Position numbers and translations under genes: made by a program. From an uncultured bacterium (GTDB lineage Bacteria; Eisenbacteria; RBG-16-71-46; CAIMUX01; WJJG01), in the NCBI GenBank assembly GCA_964612295.1, contig CAZTDY010000005.1:70666-134665 (forward strand): a DNA stretch of 64,000 bases, in the 5' to 3' direction. Below are positions 9,780 through 19,509 of this stretch, in pieces (within the stretch, counting starts at the first letter, position 1; every line of letters starts with the position of its first letter). The notes under the pieces are model-generated. The model had not been told where the DNA came from, searched no databases, and was given only the letters and a program-made list of their open reading frames with translations.

Positions 9780-10313
9780 CTAGTCCAGCCTGCGCAGATC
9801 CTGCAGTTTGAACGATTCGGTCTGGCCGCGTTCCTTCTCCGGCCTGAGCCCCGCCACGTCCCACAGGTAACGCAGCGCAACCTCGCCCGCCGAAGGCGAC
9901 GGGTCGGAGGCCGAATCCTCCTGGGCCGCGCTGCCCTGTTTCAGCCAGCGCTCGGCCTTGACCACGTCGTCGAACGAGAGGGCCTGGCAGAGCAACTCCG
10001 TGACCACGTAGTAGCGGGCAGTGCGATCCAGCTCATCCACCGGCAGCAGCGGGGCCAGCAGGTGACTGTCCATCAGGAGGTGAATGTCACTGAGATCGTC
10101 ACAGGTCAGCTCGGCGTCCTTGCCCTGGAAGTCGTTCAGCGCCAGGTGAAGGCGTCCGTCGATCGTGACGGCCAGACTGTCGGCATACATGAGGCAGACT
10201 GCCTCCGGAGCCGAGGCTCCGGCCGATGGCACGTAGGCCATCGACCAGAGCCCAACCATGAAGAGGCAGCCGGCGATCGTTCTGGCTAGAACGGTTGCCC
10301 GATCGTTACCCAT
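9780..10313 (-). CDS. Small secreted hypothetical protein (operon partner of upstream Omp85-like gene)
   Basis: N-terminal hydrophobic signal (…CLFMVGLWSMAYVPSAGASA). It overlaps the stop of the 10286..12022 gene by 28 nt, or starts at M19 (10259). No recognisable family. Confidence 0.45.
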   Translation of the reverse strand: MGNDRATVLARTIAGCLFMVGLWSMAYVPSAGASAPEAVCLMYADSLAVTIDGRLHLALNDFQGKDAELTCDDLSDIHLLMDSHLLAPLLPVDELDRTARYYVVTELLCQALSFDDVVKAERWLKQGSAAQEDSASDPSPSAGEVALRYLWDVAGLRPEKERGQTESFKLQDLRRLD

Positions 10314-12022
10314 ATCTTGGCGTCCGCATCCGAGTCATCCAGGGACTTGGCCAGGTCGACCCTGAGGTCTTCTCCCAATCGTATCCGCAGCCCGACCGTG
10401 GAGGAGAATTTGCCGTCATCGATGATGTCCGCATCTCGATCCGCGGTCTTGCCGATGTCATAGAAGATGGCGGGCTGAAAGTCGGTGAACGGGATCCGCG
10501 GCGCGTATTCGACGTTGGCGAGCACCATCTGATCGCCCATGAGGCTCTTGTGATCGATCCCGCGAATCGTGCGAGCCCCGCCCAGGTAGAACTTCCGGAA
10601 GAGGGGCAGGTCGCCCTCGGATGACCCGTACTTCACCCGCACGTTGATATTGCCGATGCCCTTGATCGGCTGAAAACGCTGCAGCTCGGCCGTGTAGCGC
10701 TCGTAGCAGAGATCACCCTTCAGATCCTCGCCGGCCTTGCGGTACTCCGCGCGGAAGATGACCCCGTACTCCGGGTATTCGTCGTCATCGACCCAGTTCA
10801 ATTCATACCAGGCGATGAGTTCGCCCAGCTTGGCGCTGAAGTCGTCCACGCCTGCGCTGAGCATCGAGTCGGGAAGGGTCGAGAAGTTGGGGCGGAACTG
10901 TTTGTGGGCGTCGAAAAGGTGCCAGAGATTGGGGTAGTGATCCTGCCAGGCCAGTTCCGTGAAGCGGTAGGCCGCACCGAACTCGTTGTGCCGCTCCGGT
11001 TGAATCGTCAGGAACCCGCGGGCGCCCTTCTCGAGGTAGTAATCGCCGTAGTCTTCGGCCGCGAGGAGCGAGAGCACCGTGGTCTCATCCCGGGGGGCGA
11101 GCCAGTAGTCGTCCGAGGTCGACTGCCGGAAGAAGCTCCCGCCGATGGTGATTGGAAACGCATCGAAGAATCGCTGCCGGGCGCCGAGTTCGTAGTCCCA
11201 CCGTCCGGGCATGAACGCGCGAGTGGCGCGGGCGAAGAAGGTCGGCAGGACGGAGTCGGGATCCGCGATCTGCAGGCGGGCGCTGATCGTGCCCCCATCG
11301 ACCCGGTTGTAGTATCCATCGGTCGAAAGGACGTGCTCGTTGTCCCAATCCCAGTCGTACTCCGCTCCATCTCGGCGGCCGCGGGAGATCGCGCGGTCCG
11401 AGAAAACCTCACCTTCCACATGGCTCTCACGGTCCAAGCGGATCCGGCCGGCGATCGCGACGACGTCGCCGTGCACGCGGGCATCCGGGGCGATGTCGAT
11501 GTCGCCGCCCAGGGCCACCACGTTGCGGCGGACCTCTCCGTCGACATAAACGTCACCACCAAAGCAGATCACATCCCCGTAGATGAAGTCCTCGGAGTCG
11601 ACGTCCAGATCGTGACCCAGCGCGAAAAGCGCCCGGCGCGAACGGAGCCGATTGTCGTCGCTCAGGCCGTGCCGGTTCGCGAAGCTGACCTCGATCCGGC
11701 CGCGCCTCCCGCGCACGCCGTCGACCAGCAGTTCGCCCAGGTCGTAGCGCAGCTGTCCCACCAGAATCGCGTCGCGCTCGATCATGACCTCCGAACAGAG
11801 CACCAGGCGGTCCCCACTCAGATAGATGTCATCGGCGTCGAATTCGATGGTGCGGGTCGTGCCGTTCTCCTCGAGGCGAATGAAGCCGTCATCTCCCTCG
11901 GTGCCGATCACGATGAGGGTGGCCTCTTCCATGCCCGCGTCCCTCGCGCCGGCCGGGCCCAATGCGGCCAGGGCCAGAAGCGCGATTCCGAGAAGGCGCG
12001 TGATCTGCTTCCTGCGTGTCAT
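10286..12022 (-). CDS. Outer-membrane Omp85-family beta-barrel protein with N-terminal bactofilin-like/beta-helical repeat domain
   Basis: Start MTRRKQITRLLGIALLALAALGPAGA (signal peptide) at 12022. The N-terminal region carries repeated G-D-V/I motifs (IYGDVICFGGDVYVDGEVRRNVVALGGDIDIAPDARVHGDVVAIAGRIRL) like polymer-forming bactofilin or beta-helix repeats. The C-terminal barrel has the Omp85 signature FYLGGARTIRGI and a terminal aromatic (…IWVTIGQPF). No POTRA domains are evident. Confidence 0.65.
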   Translation of the reverse strand: MTRRKQITRLLGIALLALAALGPAGARDAGMEEATLIVIGTEGDDGFIRLEENGTTRTIEFDADDIYLSGDRLVLCSEVMIERDAILVGQLRYDLGELLVDGVRGRRGRIEVSFANRHGLSDDNRLRSRRALFALGHDLDVDSEDFIYGDVICFGGDVYVDGEVRRNVVALGGDIDIAPDARVHGDVVAIAGRIRLDRESHVEGEVFSDRAISRGRRDGAEYDWDWDNEHVLSTDGYYNRVDGGTISARLQIADPDSVLPTFFARATRAFMPGRWDYELGARQRFFDAFPITIGGSFFRQSTSDDYWLAPRDETTVLSLLAAEDYGDYYLEKGARGFLTIQPERHNEFGAAYRFTELAWQDHYPNLWHLFDAHKQFRPNFSTLPDSMLSAGVDDFSAKLGELIAWYELNWVDDDEYPEYGVIFRAEYRKAGEDLKGDLCYERYTAELQRFQPIKGIGNINVRVKYGSSEGDLPLFRKFYLGGARTIRGIDHKSLMGDQMVLANVEYAPRIPFTDFQPAIFYDIGKTADRDADIIDDGKFSSTVGLRIRLGEDLRVDLAKSLDDSDADAKIWVTIGQPF

Positions 12023-12076
12023 GTCATGTCTCCCTCTCAAAGGGTCCACCAGGTTTCCTGTTCACCCTTGGAGAGT

Positions 12077-12091
12077 GCATGGGCTGTGCCA
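12077..12091 (-). promoter_or_regulatory. Sigma-54 (-24/-12) promoter candidate upstream of the Omp85-like gene
   Basis: The minus strand reads TGGCACagcccATGCA, with GG and GC at canonical spacing (consensus TGGCAC-N5-TTGCW). It lies 55-70 nt upstream of the 12022 start and directly downstream of the NtrC-family regulator gene. An inverted repeat caacggc…gccgttg at 12118..12156 upstream could be the enhancer. Confidence 0.5.
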
Positions 12092-12191
12092 TCTTAGCGC
12101 GCTTGCCGCAACCCACTGCAACAACGGCAGATGGGTGGTGCGCGCCGTGCGCCGCCGTTGTCAATTCCACAACACCGGCTCTCCGGCGTTG

Positions 12192-13562
12192 TCAGGAGGA
12201 CAACAACCCCAGCCGTTTCAGCTTGCGATAGAGGTTTCCGCGATCCACCCCCAGGTCCTGGGCCAGCTGGGTGATGTTCCCGCCGTGCCCTTCGAGCTGG
12301 CTTCGCAGATAGCCGCGTTCGAACTGCTCGACGGCCCGGGTCAGCCGGTTCTTGCCGTCCTCCGCGGCCGTTTCGCCCCCATTTGGACCCAGACAGGGCC
12401 GCACCTGGGTCGCGTCGATCGAATCGCCGCCGCACGTGTAGTAGAGCCGTTCGATCACGTTGCGCAGCTCGCGGACGTTTCCCGGCCAGGGGTGCGCCAT
12501 CAGAAGATCGAGCGCCTCGGGAGTGATCGCAGGGCAGAGGCCTCCCTCCCGGCGGTGCAGCCCATCACGGAAGTGCTCGGCCAGAGAGGGGATATCCTCA
12601 CGCCGCTCGCGCAGCGGCGGCACGGTCAAGGGGACGGTGTTGATTCGGTAGAGAAGATCCTCTCGAAACTGACCCCCGGCCACCATCTCATCCAAGCGGC
12701 GATGGGTCGCACTCAGCACCCGGACGTCGACCGCGGTCGGACGCTCGCCTCCCACCGGGGTGATTCGCCCGCTCTCCAGGGTGCGCAGAAGCTTCGGCTG
12801 CATGGCGAGGGGCATGTCACCGATCTCATCGAGCAGCAGGGTCCCCCGGTGGGCTTGCGCGAACCGGCCGGGCCGCGATTGGGTGGCTCCCGTGAAAGCG
12901 CCCTTCTCGTGACCGAAGAGCTCGCTCTCGACCAGCTCCGCCGGCATCGCCGAGCAGTTGAGCGTCACCAGGGAGCCTTCCGCCCTCGGGCTCCGAAAGT
13001 GGATCTGGGCGGCCACGTTCTCTTTTCCGGTGCCACTCTCGCCCAGAATGAGAATGCGCACATCGCTCGAGGCAAGTCGTTCGATCTGACCGAGCAGATG
13101 CGCCATCTGCGCGGAGCCGCCCACGAGCGGATAGTCCGCGAGCCGTTTCTCCTGCAGACTGCGATTGCTCTCTTTGAGCCGCGCGATCCGGAGTGCGTTG
13201 CCCACCACGGTCAGGAGCCGCGCTGGTTCGAATGGTTTCTCGAGGAAGTCGGTCGCGCCCCGCTTGATCGAATCCGCGGCCTCCTGGAGCGACGCCGCGC
13301 CGGAGACCATGACGATCTCGGGCGGGTGGGTCTGGGCGCTCAACTCGGCGAGCAGATCGGTTCCTTTCCCGTCGGGCAGCTGAATGTCGAGGAGCAGCAC
13401 GAGCGGGCGGTGGCGGGCCAGCGCTTCCCGGGCGGGGGTGAGGGCTTCGAACTCGGCCAGCGAGTATCCCTCCCGGGTGAGAAGCAGGCGGACCTCCTCC
13501 CGGAAGAGCGCATCGTCGTCGACCAAGTAGATGTCAGCCGGTGGCGTCGTCATCCGCGGCAT
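12192..13562 (-). CDS. Sigma-54-dependent response regulator (NtrC family: REC-AAA+-HTH)
   Basis: Receiver domain (DIYLVDDDALFREEV...LLLDIQLPDGKGTDLL), AAA+ with a Walker A (ILGESGTGKE), the GAFTGA-like ESELFGHEKGAFTGA box that defines sigma-54 enhancer-binding proteins, and a C-terminal Fis-type HTH (ITQLAQDLGVDRGNLYRKLKRLGL). Confidence 0.9.
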   Translation of the reverse strand: MPRMTTPPADIYLVDDDALFREEVRLLLTREGYSLAEFEALTPAREALARHRPLVLLLDIQLPDGKGTDLLAELSAQTHPPEIVMVSGAASLQEAADSIKRGATDFLEKPFEPARLLTVVGNALRIARLKESNRSLQEKRLADYPLVGGSAQMAHLLGQIERLASSDVRILILGESGTGKENVAAQIHFRSPRAEGSLVTLNCSAMPAELVESELFGHEKGAFTGATQSRPGRFAQAHRGTLLLDEIGDMPLAMQPKLLRTLESGRITPVGGERPTAVDVRVLSATHRRLDEMVAGGQFREDLLYRINTVPLTVPPLRERREDIPSLAEHFRDGLHRREGGLCPAITPEALDLLMAHPWPGNVRELRNVIERLYYTCGGDSIDATQVRPCLGPNGGETAAEDGKNRLTRAVEQFERGYLRSQLEGHGGNITQLAQDLGVDRGNLYRKLKRLGLLSS

Positions 13563-14457
13563 TCCAATCCAGGCTGAAGGTTGTTCCCGTGTTTCCCGTC
13601 CGGTAGGCGATCCTACCCCCCAGTGATCCGACGATCTTCTTCACAATCGCCAGCCCAAGTCCGGAGCCGGACGGCTTGGTCGTGACGTAGGGGTCGAAGA
13701 GCCGCTGCTCGATCTCGGGCGGGATCCCCGGACCGTCATCGCGCACCTCGATCCGCACGCCTACGCCGGTGGCGGCGGTGGCGATCGCTACCCGGCCATC
13801 GGGTCCGGCGGCCTCCCGGGCATTCTTGAGGAGGTTCACCAGGGCCTCCCTCAGCATATAGGGGTCGATGGAAATGGGGGGCAGGCCCGGCGCCAGCTCC
13901 ATGTCGATCCCGGCCGCGGGAGCGAAACTCTCACTTAGCCGTACGGCCTGCTGCACGATCGAGTTCGGTTCGGCGGGCAGAGGTTGAATGTCGATCGGCC
14001 GGCCGAAGAGGGAGAAATCGCGTGCGATTCGCTCCAGACGATCCAACTCCGAGCGCACCGTCTCCAGCGGCTTGCCCGCCGCGGAGTTCTGCTCGTCCGG
14101 TTGGGCCTGCTCGGGCAGGCGCGCGAGGGCGAGTTTGACCGGCGCCAGAGTGTTCTTGATCCCGTGGGCGATCGTGCGGGCGGTCTGCTGCCAGGCGGCC
14201 GTACGCTCGGCCTCGACGAGCCGCTCGGTGGCCTCGGCCAGGCGCGTCGACATTCGGTTGAAGCCGTCCACCAGGGCACCGACCTCATCTTTCCGCCGGT
14301 AGGGAAGGCGGACGTCCCACTGGCCCGGTCCCACAGACTCGGCCAGACGTTCCAGGTCCGCCAGGGGGCGGGTGAGGCTCCGCGCGGTGAACTGGCTCAC
14401 CATCAGGATGACGAGCAGGTACAGCAGGTTGGCCAGACCCCAGAGGAGCCGCAGCAT
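13534..14457 (-). CDS. Sensor histidine kinase core (TM-HAMP-HisKA-HATPase), lacking its periplasmic sensor region
   Basis: A single TM (LWGLANLLYLLVILMVSQF), an H-box (TIAHGIKNTLAPVKL), and N/G boxes (NLLKNAREA...GSGLGLAIVKKIVGSLGGRIA). It overlaps the regulator gene by 29 nt. The N-terminal sensor part appears displaced into the 14533..15348 ORF. Confidence 0.8.
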   Translation of the reverse strand: MLRLLWGLANLLYLLVILMVSQFTARSLTRPLADLERLAESVGPGQWDVRLPYRRKDEVGALVDGFNRMSTRLAEATERLVEAERTAAWQQTARTIAHGIKNTLAPVKLALARLPEQAQPDEQNSAAGKPLETVRSELDRLERIARDFSLFGRPIDIQPLPAEPNSIVQQAVRLSESFAPAAGIDMELAPGLPPISIDPYMLREALVNLLKNAREAAGPDGRVAIATAATGVGVRIEVRDDGPGIPPEIEQRLFDPYVTTKPSGSGLGLAIVKKIVGSLGGRIAYRTGNTGTTFSLDWNAADDDATG

Positions 14458-14490
14458 CCGGCGTCCTCCGCCCCTCAGGACCAGCTTCAG

Positions 14491-14890
14491 TGTAAGTACT
14501 CGCCGTACCCCGTTACGGTCGATTCAGGCGGATCAACTCATCAAGTCTGAAGGCAGGGTCACCGTTCCGGGCTTCTTGAGTGCGGCATAGGCGGCTTCTC
14601 GTAGGTACGCTTTCGGTTCCACGCGGCAGAGCTTCGCCGATTCCAATAGGCTGTAGAACAACGCCGCCACCTCGGTTCCGCGCTTCGATCGCGAACCATA
14701 GTGATTCTTTCGGCCCAAGACCACTCCGCGCAGCGCTCGTTCAGCCGCGTTGTTGTCCAAAGGGATCCGAGGATCATCCAGGAACGCGATCAACCGGGGC
14801 CACAGCTTCAGTTCTTCGAACCGCTGCAAGTGGAAGGCCAGCTCCTCGAGCAACCGGCCTTGGTCGACCGGCAGCCAACAGCCTGTGACC
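14491..14890 (-). mobile_element. IS66-family insertion sequence remnant (3' end of tnpC plus terminal inverted-repeat-like end)
   Basis: The transposase C-terminal coding fragment is followed at 14491 by TGTAAGTACTCGCC, which resembles the GTAAGCG… termini of IS66-family IRs. No tnpA or tnpB is present, so it is a degraded remnant. The inner boundary is approximate. Confidence 0.5.
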
Positions 14891-15348
14891 AGCAGATGGG
14901 TCTGTGACCAGCGGAGGGCGTAGGCCAGGACGCGCTCCTCGATAGACATCCAGCCTGAGCGGCTTCCGCTCAGCGGCGAGTCGGTGGGCGATGTTTCCCC
15001 CAACGCGAGCAGCCGGCTTCGGATGAAATCGGGCGAGAGATCTCCCTCGCCCGCGCTGGTGGTGTCCTCCCCGGTGACGAGGACCGCGATATCGAGCCCG
15101 TGGGCGAGATACTGCTCGGCGCTTGCGTAGATCGGGGAGGCGGGGGTGAGCTCCAGCGTCTTGCCGGCATAGGCTTCGAGGGTCCCATCGGCCAGGGCGT
15201 GGGCGTCGAGGAGCGCCTCCTCGATGCCGGGCGAGGCGATCCGCTCCAGGCTCCCGATCCCCAACTCCAGGCTCAGGTAGGACAATCCCGCCACGGGCAG
15301 GAAGGCAAAGAGGAAAAACGCGAGAAAGAGCCGGGTTTTGAGTCTCAT
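14533..15348 (-). pseudogene. Chimeric ORF: N-terminal fragment of the sensor kinase (TM1 + periplasmic region) fused to the C-terminal ~115 aa of an IS66-family transposase
   Basis: Residues ~1-150 form a signal/TM helix and a periplasmic-like domain. From ~WSQTHLLVTGCWLPVDQGRLLEEL onward the sequence HLQRFEELKLWPRLIAFLDDPRIPLDNNAAERALRGVVLGRKNHYGSRSKRGTEVAALFYSLLESAKLCRVEPKAYLREA matches the conserved IS66 TnpC C-terminus (…DNNxxERxxRxxxxGRKNxxFxxSxxGxxxxAxxYSLxxTxKLNGVxPxxYL…). Confidence 0.6.
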
Positions 15349-15457
15349 CCTGCCTCGCCTGGGCGCCCTTTTCGAGGGTCACCGACCTACACGCGCAAAC
15401 CCCGCCGCCTTGCAGGGAGAGGCCTATACTGAGGACTGATTTCCGGGAGGAAAGATG

Positions 15458-15531
15458 TGGCGGCGCAGGGACTCGAACCCCGGACACGCGGATTATGATT
15501 CCGCTGCTCTAACCAACTGAGCTACGCCGCC
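15458..15531 (-). tRNA. tRNA-Met (anticodon CAU; elongator type or tRNA-Ile2 lysidine type)
   Basis: The reverse complement GGCGGCGUAGCUCAGUUGGUUAGAGCAGCGGAAUCAUAAUCCGCGUGUCCGGGGUUCGAGUCCCUGCGCCGCCA folds as a cloverleaf: 7-bp acceptor stem, D-arm AGCUCAGUUGGUUAGAGC, anticodon stem GCGGA/UCCGC with loop AUCAUAA, and T-arm GGUUCGAGUCC. G1-C72 is paired, so it is not an initiator. CCA is not encoded. Confidence 0.85.
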
Positions 15532-15620
15532 AGCAGCGGTGAAATGTACCGAACCGCCCGGGCTTAGAGCAACCGGTTTTTCAAGCGGAGGGGAGGCGCG
15601 GGGGGAGGCCCCGCGTCAGC

Positions 15621-15650
15621 TTGACAGAGGTTTGGCCAGCCGGATATAGT
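15621..15650 (+). promoter_or_regulatory. Sigma-70-like promoter (TTGACA-N18-TATAGT) upstream of the OMP beta-barrel gene
   Basis: TTGACA at 15621-15626 and TATAGT at 15645-15650, about 120 nt upstream of the 15769 start. Confidence 0.4.
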
Positions 15651-15768
15651 GCAGCAATTCAAACTACAAGCGGGGATCCAAGGCAATTGCTTCCACGGCA
15701 GGATGGCCCCTCGAGGAGGCCGAGTCCGAGCCCCTACCCCGGCAGGCCGCGAAGAATGAGGACGTGGG

Positions 15769-16440
15769 ATGAAGAAGCTGAGTCTTCTGGTGGGGTGTCT
15801 ATTGGCCCTGGTGCTTCCTGGTTCGAGCCAGGCGGGCATCAGCCCCGATCTCAACGGCTTAGGCAGTTTCGGCATTAGCGTCGGCGCGATGCGCTGGTTC
15901 GCGGACGGGGATGCCAGCGAGTGGGAAGGCCATGCCGCGCAGATCCGGCCGATCGGGAAGGCCGTCTTCCGCTATCGGTGGAGCTCGACCTGGGCCGCCG
16001 CCGTCGAAGCCGGATTCGGCTGGAACAGCTATGCGGAAAGCGACGACCTCGTAACCTGGGTCATTCCACTCACGCTCGGTTTCGAGCGCCATATCGGGGA
16101 ATACTGGGGAGCCTCGACGTCGGTCAATTTCGGTTCCGGCATGTTCGTGTGGGGTCGGCGCCGCGGCGGGAACTTCCTTCACGATGAAATCACTCAGAAG
16201 AAGTATCACGCCACCGATCCGGGTCTGTTTGTCGGGCTGATCGGGGAGTACCACCTGGACGAGCACGTCACGATCACCAATCAGTTGACCGCGACCTACA
16301 TCTATTCTCTCCACAGCGACGACTTCAAGGCTGCGCTCGGCGGCGACGACCTGTTCGTCGATCTGCGGATAGGCATCAACTACTACTTCTCGACGCGCGA
16401 GGGGCTCATCGTCCGGGAGGGGGGGGGCGAAGGTCGATGA
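15769..16440 (+). CDS. Outer-membrane beta-barrel protein (OmpA-like/OmpW-like small porin family)
   Basis: Signal peptide MKKLSLLVGCLLALVLPGSSQA. Alternating amphipathic beta-strand pattern rich in aromatic residues, with a terminal aromatic region (…INYYFSTREGLIV). Confidence 0.6.
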   Translation: MKKLSLLVGCLLALVLPGSSQAGISPDLNGLGSFGISVGAMRWFADGDASEWEGHAAQIRPIGKAVFRYRWSSTWAAAVEAGFGWNSYAESDDLVTWVIPLTLGFERHIGEYWGASTSVNFGSGMFVWGRRRGGNFLHDEITQKKYHATDPGLFVGLIGEYHLDEHVTITNQLTATYIYSLHSDDFKAALGGDDLFVDLRIGINYYFSTREGLIVREGGGEGR

Positions 16441-17988
<1,548 letters not shown>

Positions 17989-18205
17989 CCTGCGCCCAAA
18001 GCACCAGCCCCCGATCCACTCCCGAAGGAGCGACCGGGGGCGGGGGCTGGGGAGGTGCGTGGGGCCACTCGAAGATGGCATGCCTCGCCCATCATGCCAT
18101 CGATGCGTAGATCAAGCGTGGGGGGGAGCCCGGCGCGTCACGGCTGCTTATCTTTGGCCCGCGTTTCACGCCGCGAAGGGGTGACACCGCCCCCACGCTT
18201 GGAAA

Positions 18206-19021
18206 TCAATTCGATCGCGTCTCCGGCTGCGATTCAGGCACCTCGAAGGTGAAGTTCGGATCGAGAACCTTGATCTGTTCGACCACTGCTTCGAGCTTCG
18301 CCTTCACCGCCGGGTCACTCGTTCTCTTCCACTCCGCGTAGAGATCCAGGAACTCGTCCTGTTTGCCGCGGAGATCTTCACAGCGCTTCGATTCACTGAC
18401 CGTCCGCTCGAGGTGATAAACCTCGCCGTGAGACAGCTTGTCCAAGAGGTTCAGATACTCCCCCCGCATGTGCGACAGAATGCGCAGGTACTTCTCGAAT
18501 CCAACACTGAGCTTCTCGAGCACGTCGGTGATCGCGGCGTGCGGATCGTGGATCTTCTGGCTGTACGTGTAGGCGAAGCGGTAGTAGGTCTTGCCCCGCC
18601 CGATGTACGCCTCTTCCGAGGGCTGGAACACCTGCCTCTCGGGCACGATCAGCGTGCTGGGATTCACCGGATCGGTCGCCACGGGATTGTCGAAGATTCC
18701 CAGGGAGACGAGCAGGAAGTCCGCATTGGTCTTGTACAGAGTATATTTCAGGCGCGCGTCCCGCGACTCGGCCAGCCGGCCGAAGACCTCGCTGTCATAC
18801 TTCGACAGGTATTTGTTTGCGCGCTGAATGTACTCCGGATTGATGAAGGAGTTCAGAAGATGGGCGATATAGACGTTCACATCTTCGTCGTAGTAGTCCT
18901 TGTTTGAAACCAGTCCGGTCTCGATGCGCGAATACAGCAGACACTTCAACATGAAGTAGTAGGTCGGCTTCAGATCCCGCGTCTTGCCCGTCAGGTCTAT
19001 GTAGCTGCTCCGGGTCGACAT
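18206..19021 (-). CDS. Hypothetical protein, locally low-GC orphan gene
   Basis: Start MSTRSSYIDLTG at 19021. No recognisable family. The Tyr/Lys/Asn-rich composition and GC (~55%) are clearly below the window average. Confidence 0.5.
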   Translation of the reverse strand: MSTRSSYIDLTGKTRDLKPTYYFMLKCLLYSRIETGLVSNKDYYDEDVNVYIAHLLNSFINPEYIQRANKYLSKYDSEVFGRLAESRDARLKYTLYKTNADFLLVSLGIFDNPVATDPVNPSTLIVPERQVFQPSEEAYIGRGKTYYRFAYTYSQKIHDPHAAITDVLEKLSVGFEKYLRILSHMRGEYLNLLDKLSHGEVYHLERTVSESKRCEDLRGKQDEFLDLYAEWKRTSDPAVKAKLEAVVEQIKVLDPNFTFEVPESQPETRSN

Positions 19022-19509
19022 CGCTCCAGAAACTCCCTTTCTAACCGCTCGTCGTCCGTTCAAATGGTGCGGTTTCAGAATCCCGTTGACACTCAGCGGC
19101 CCTCAACTCATGCTCGTGATGCCGGGTTCTGGTGGGGAGATTCAGCAACGGCTGTGCCAGCAACGGCTGGCCGGCGGCGCCGGGTCGGGAGGGGTTCACG
19201 CAGCGACGCATCAGGCAACCTGCAGGCGCTCACAGGTTCGATCCCGGCTGGCGAACCGATCCATCCTGCTAAGATTCTGTCTTTGGCGGGGATGTGGCGA
19301 GTACCCTCGCGTCGTTTGGTGCATCGGCCCACCCGTTCTGCGCGCTCACTCCTCTCCCAAAACCGCCCTGCCAATTGGCCCGATTCGCGTGTGGTTTCAG
19401 GCAAACCGCCCATCCGGATCTGAGCGACCCAAGCCCGGGTCCTTGCAGACTGCATCCGTGGCCCCCCGGCCGCGTGCATTCTGCGGTAGGAGAGAGGGAG
19501 AGATCGGTC

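Noticed and set aside
9780-10313. Treating the 28-nt overlap with the upstream barrel gene as evidence that the small ORF is spurious
   Set aside because: An alternative in-frame ATG at 10259 removes the overlap, and the product has a plausible signal peptide. The same barrel-plus-secreted-partner arrangement recurs at 23645..26694. It is kept as a low-confidence CDS.
18009-18053. Inverted repeat CAGCCCCCG…CGGGGGCTG after guaB as a terminator
   Set aside because: The 9-bp stem has a 27-nt loop and no downstream U-tract, so it is not confidently an intrinsic terminator.
19064-19509. Possible tmRNA or tRNA in the long spacer (T-loop-like GGTTCGATCCC; GGGGAGATTCAGC)
   Set aside because: No complete acceptor or T-stem pairing could be built by hand (T-stem only 3/5 bp). 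The two motifs are only ~100 nt apart, too close for a tmRNA. It is kept as a finding to test with tools but not called as a feature.
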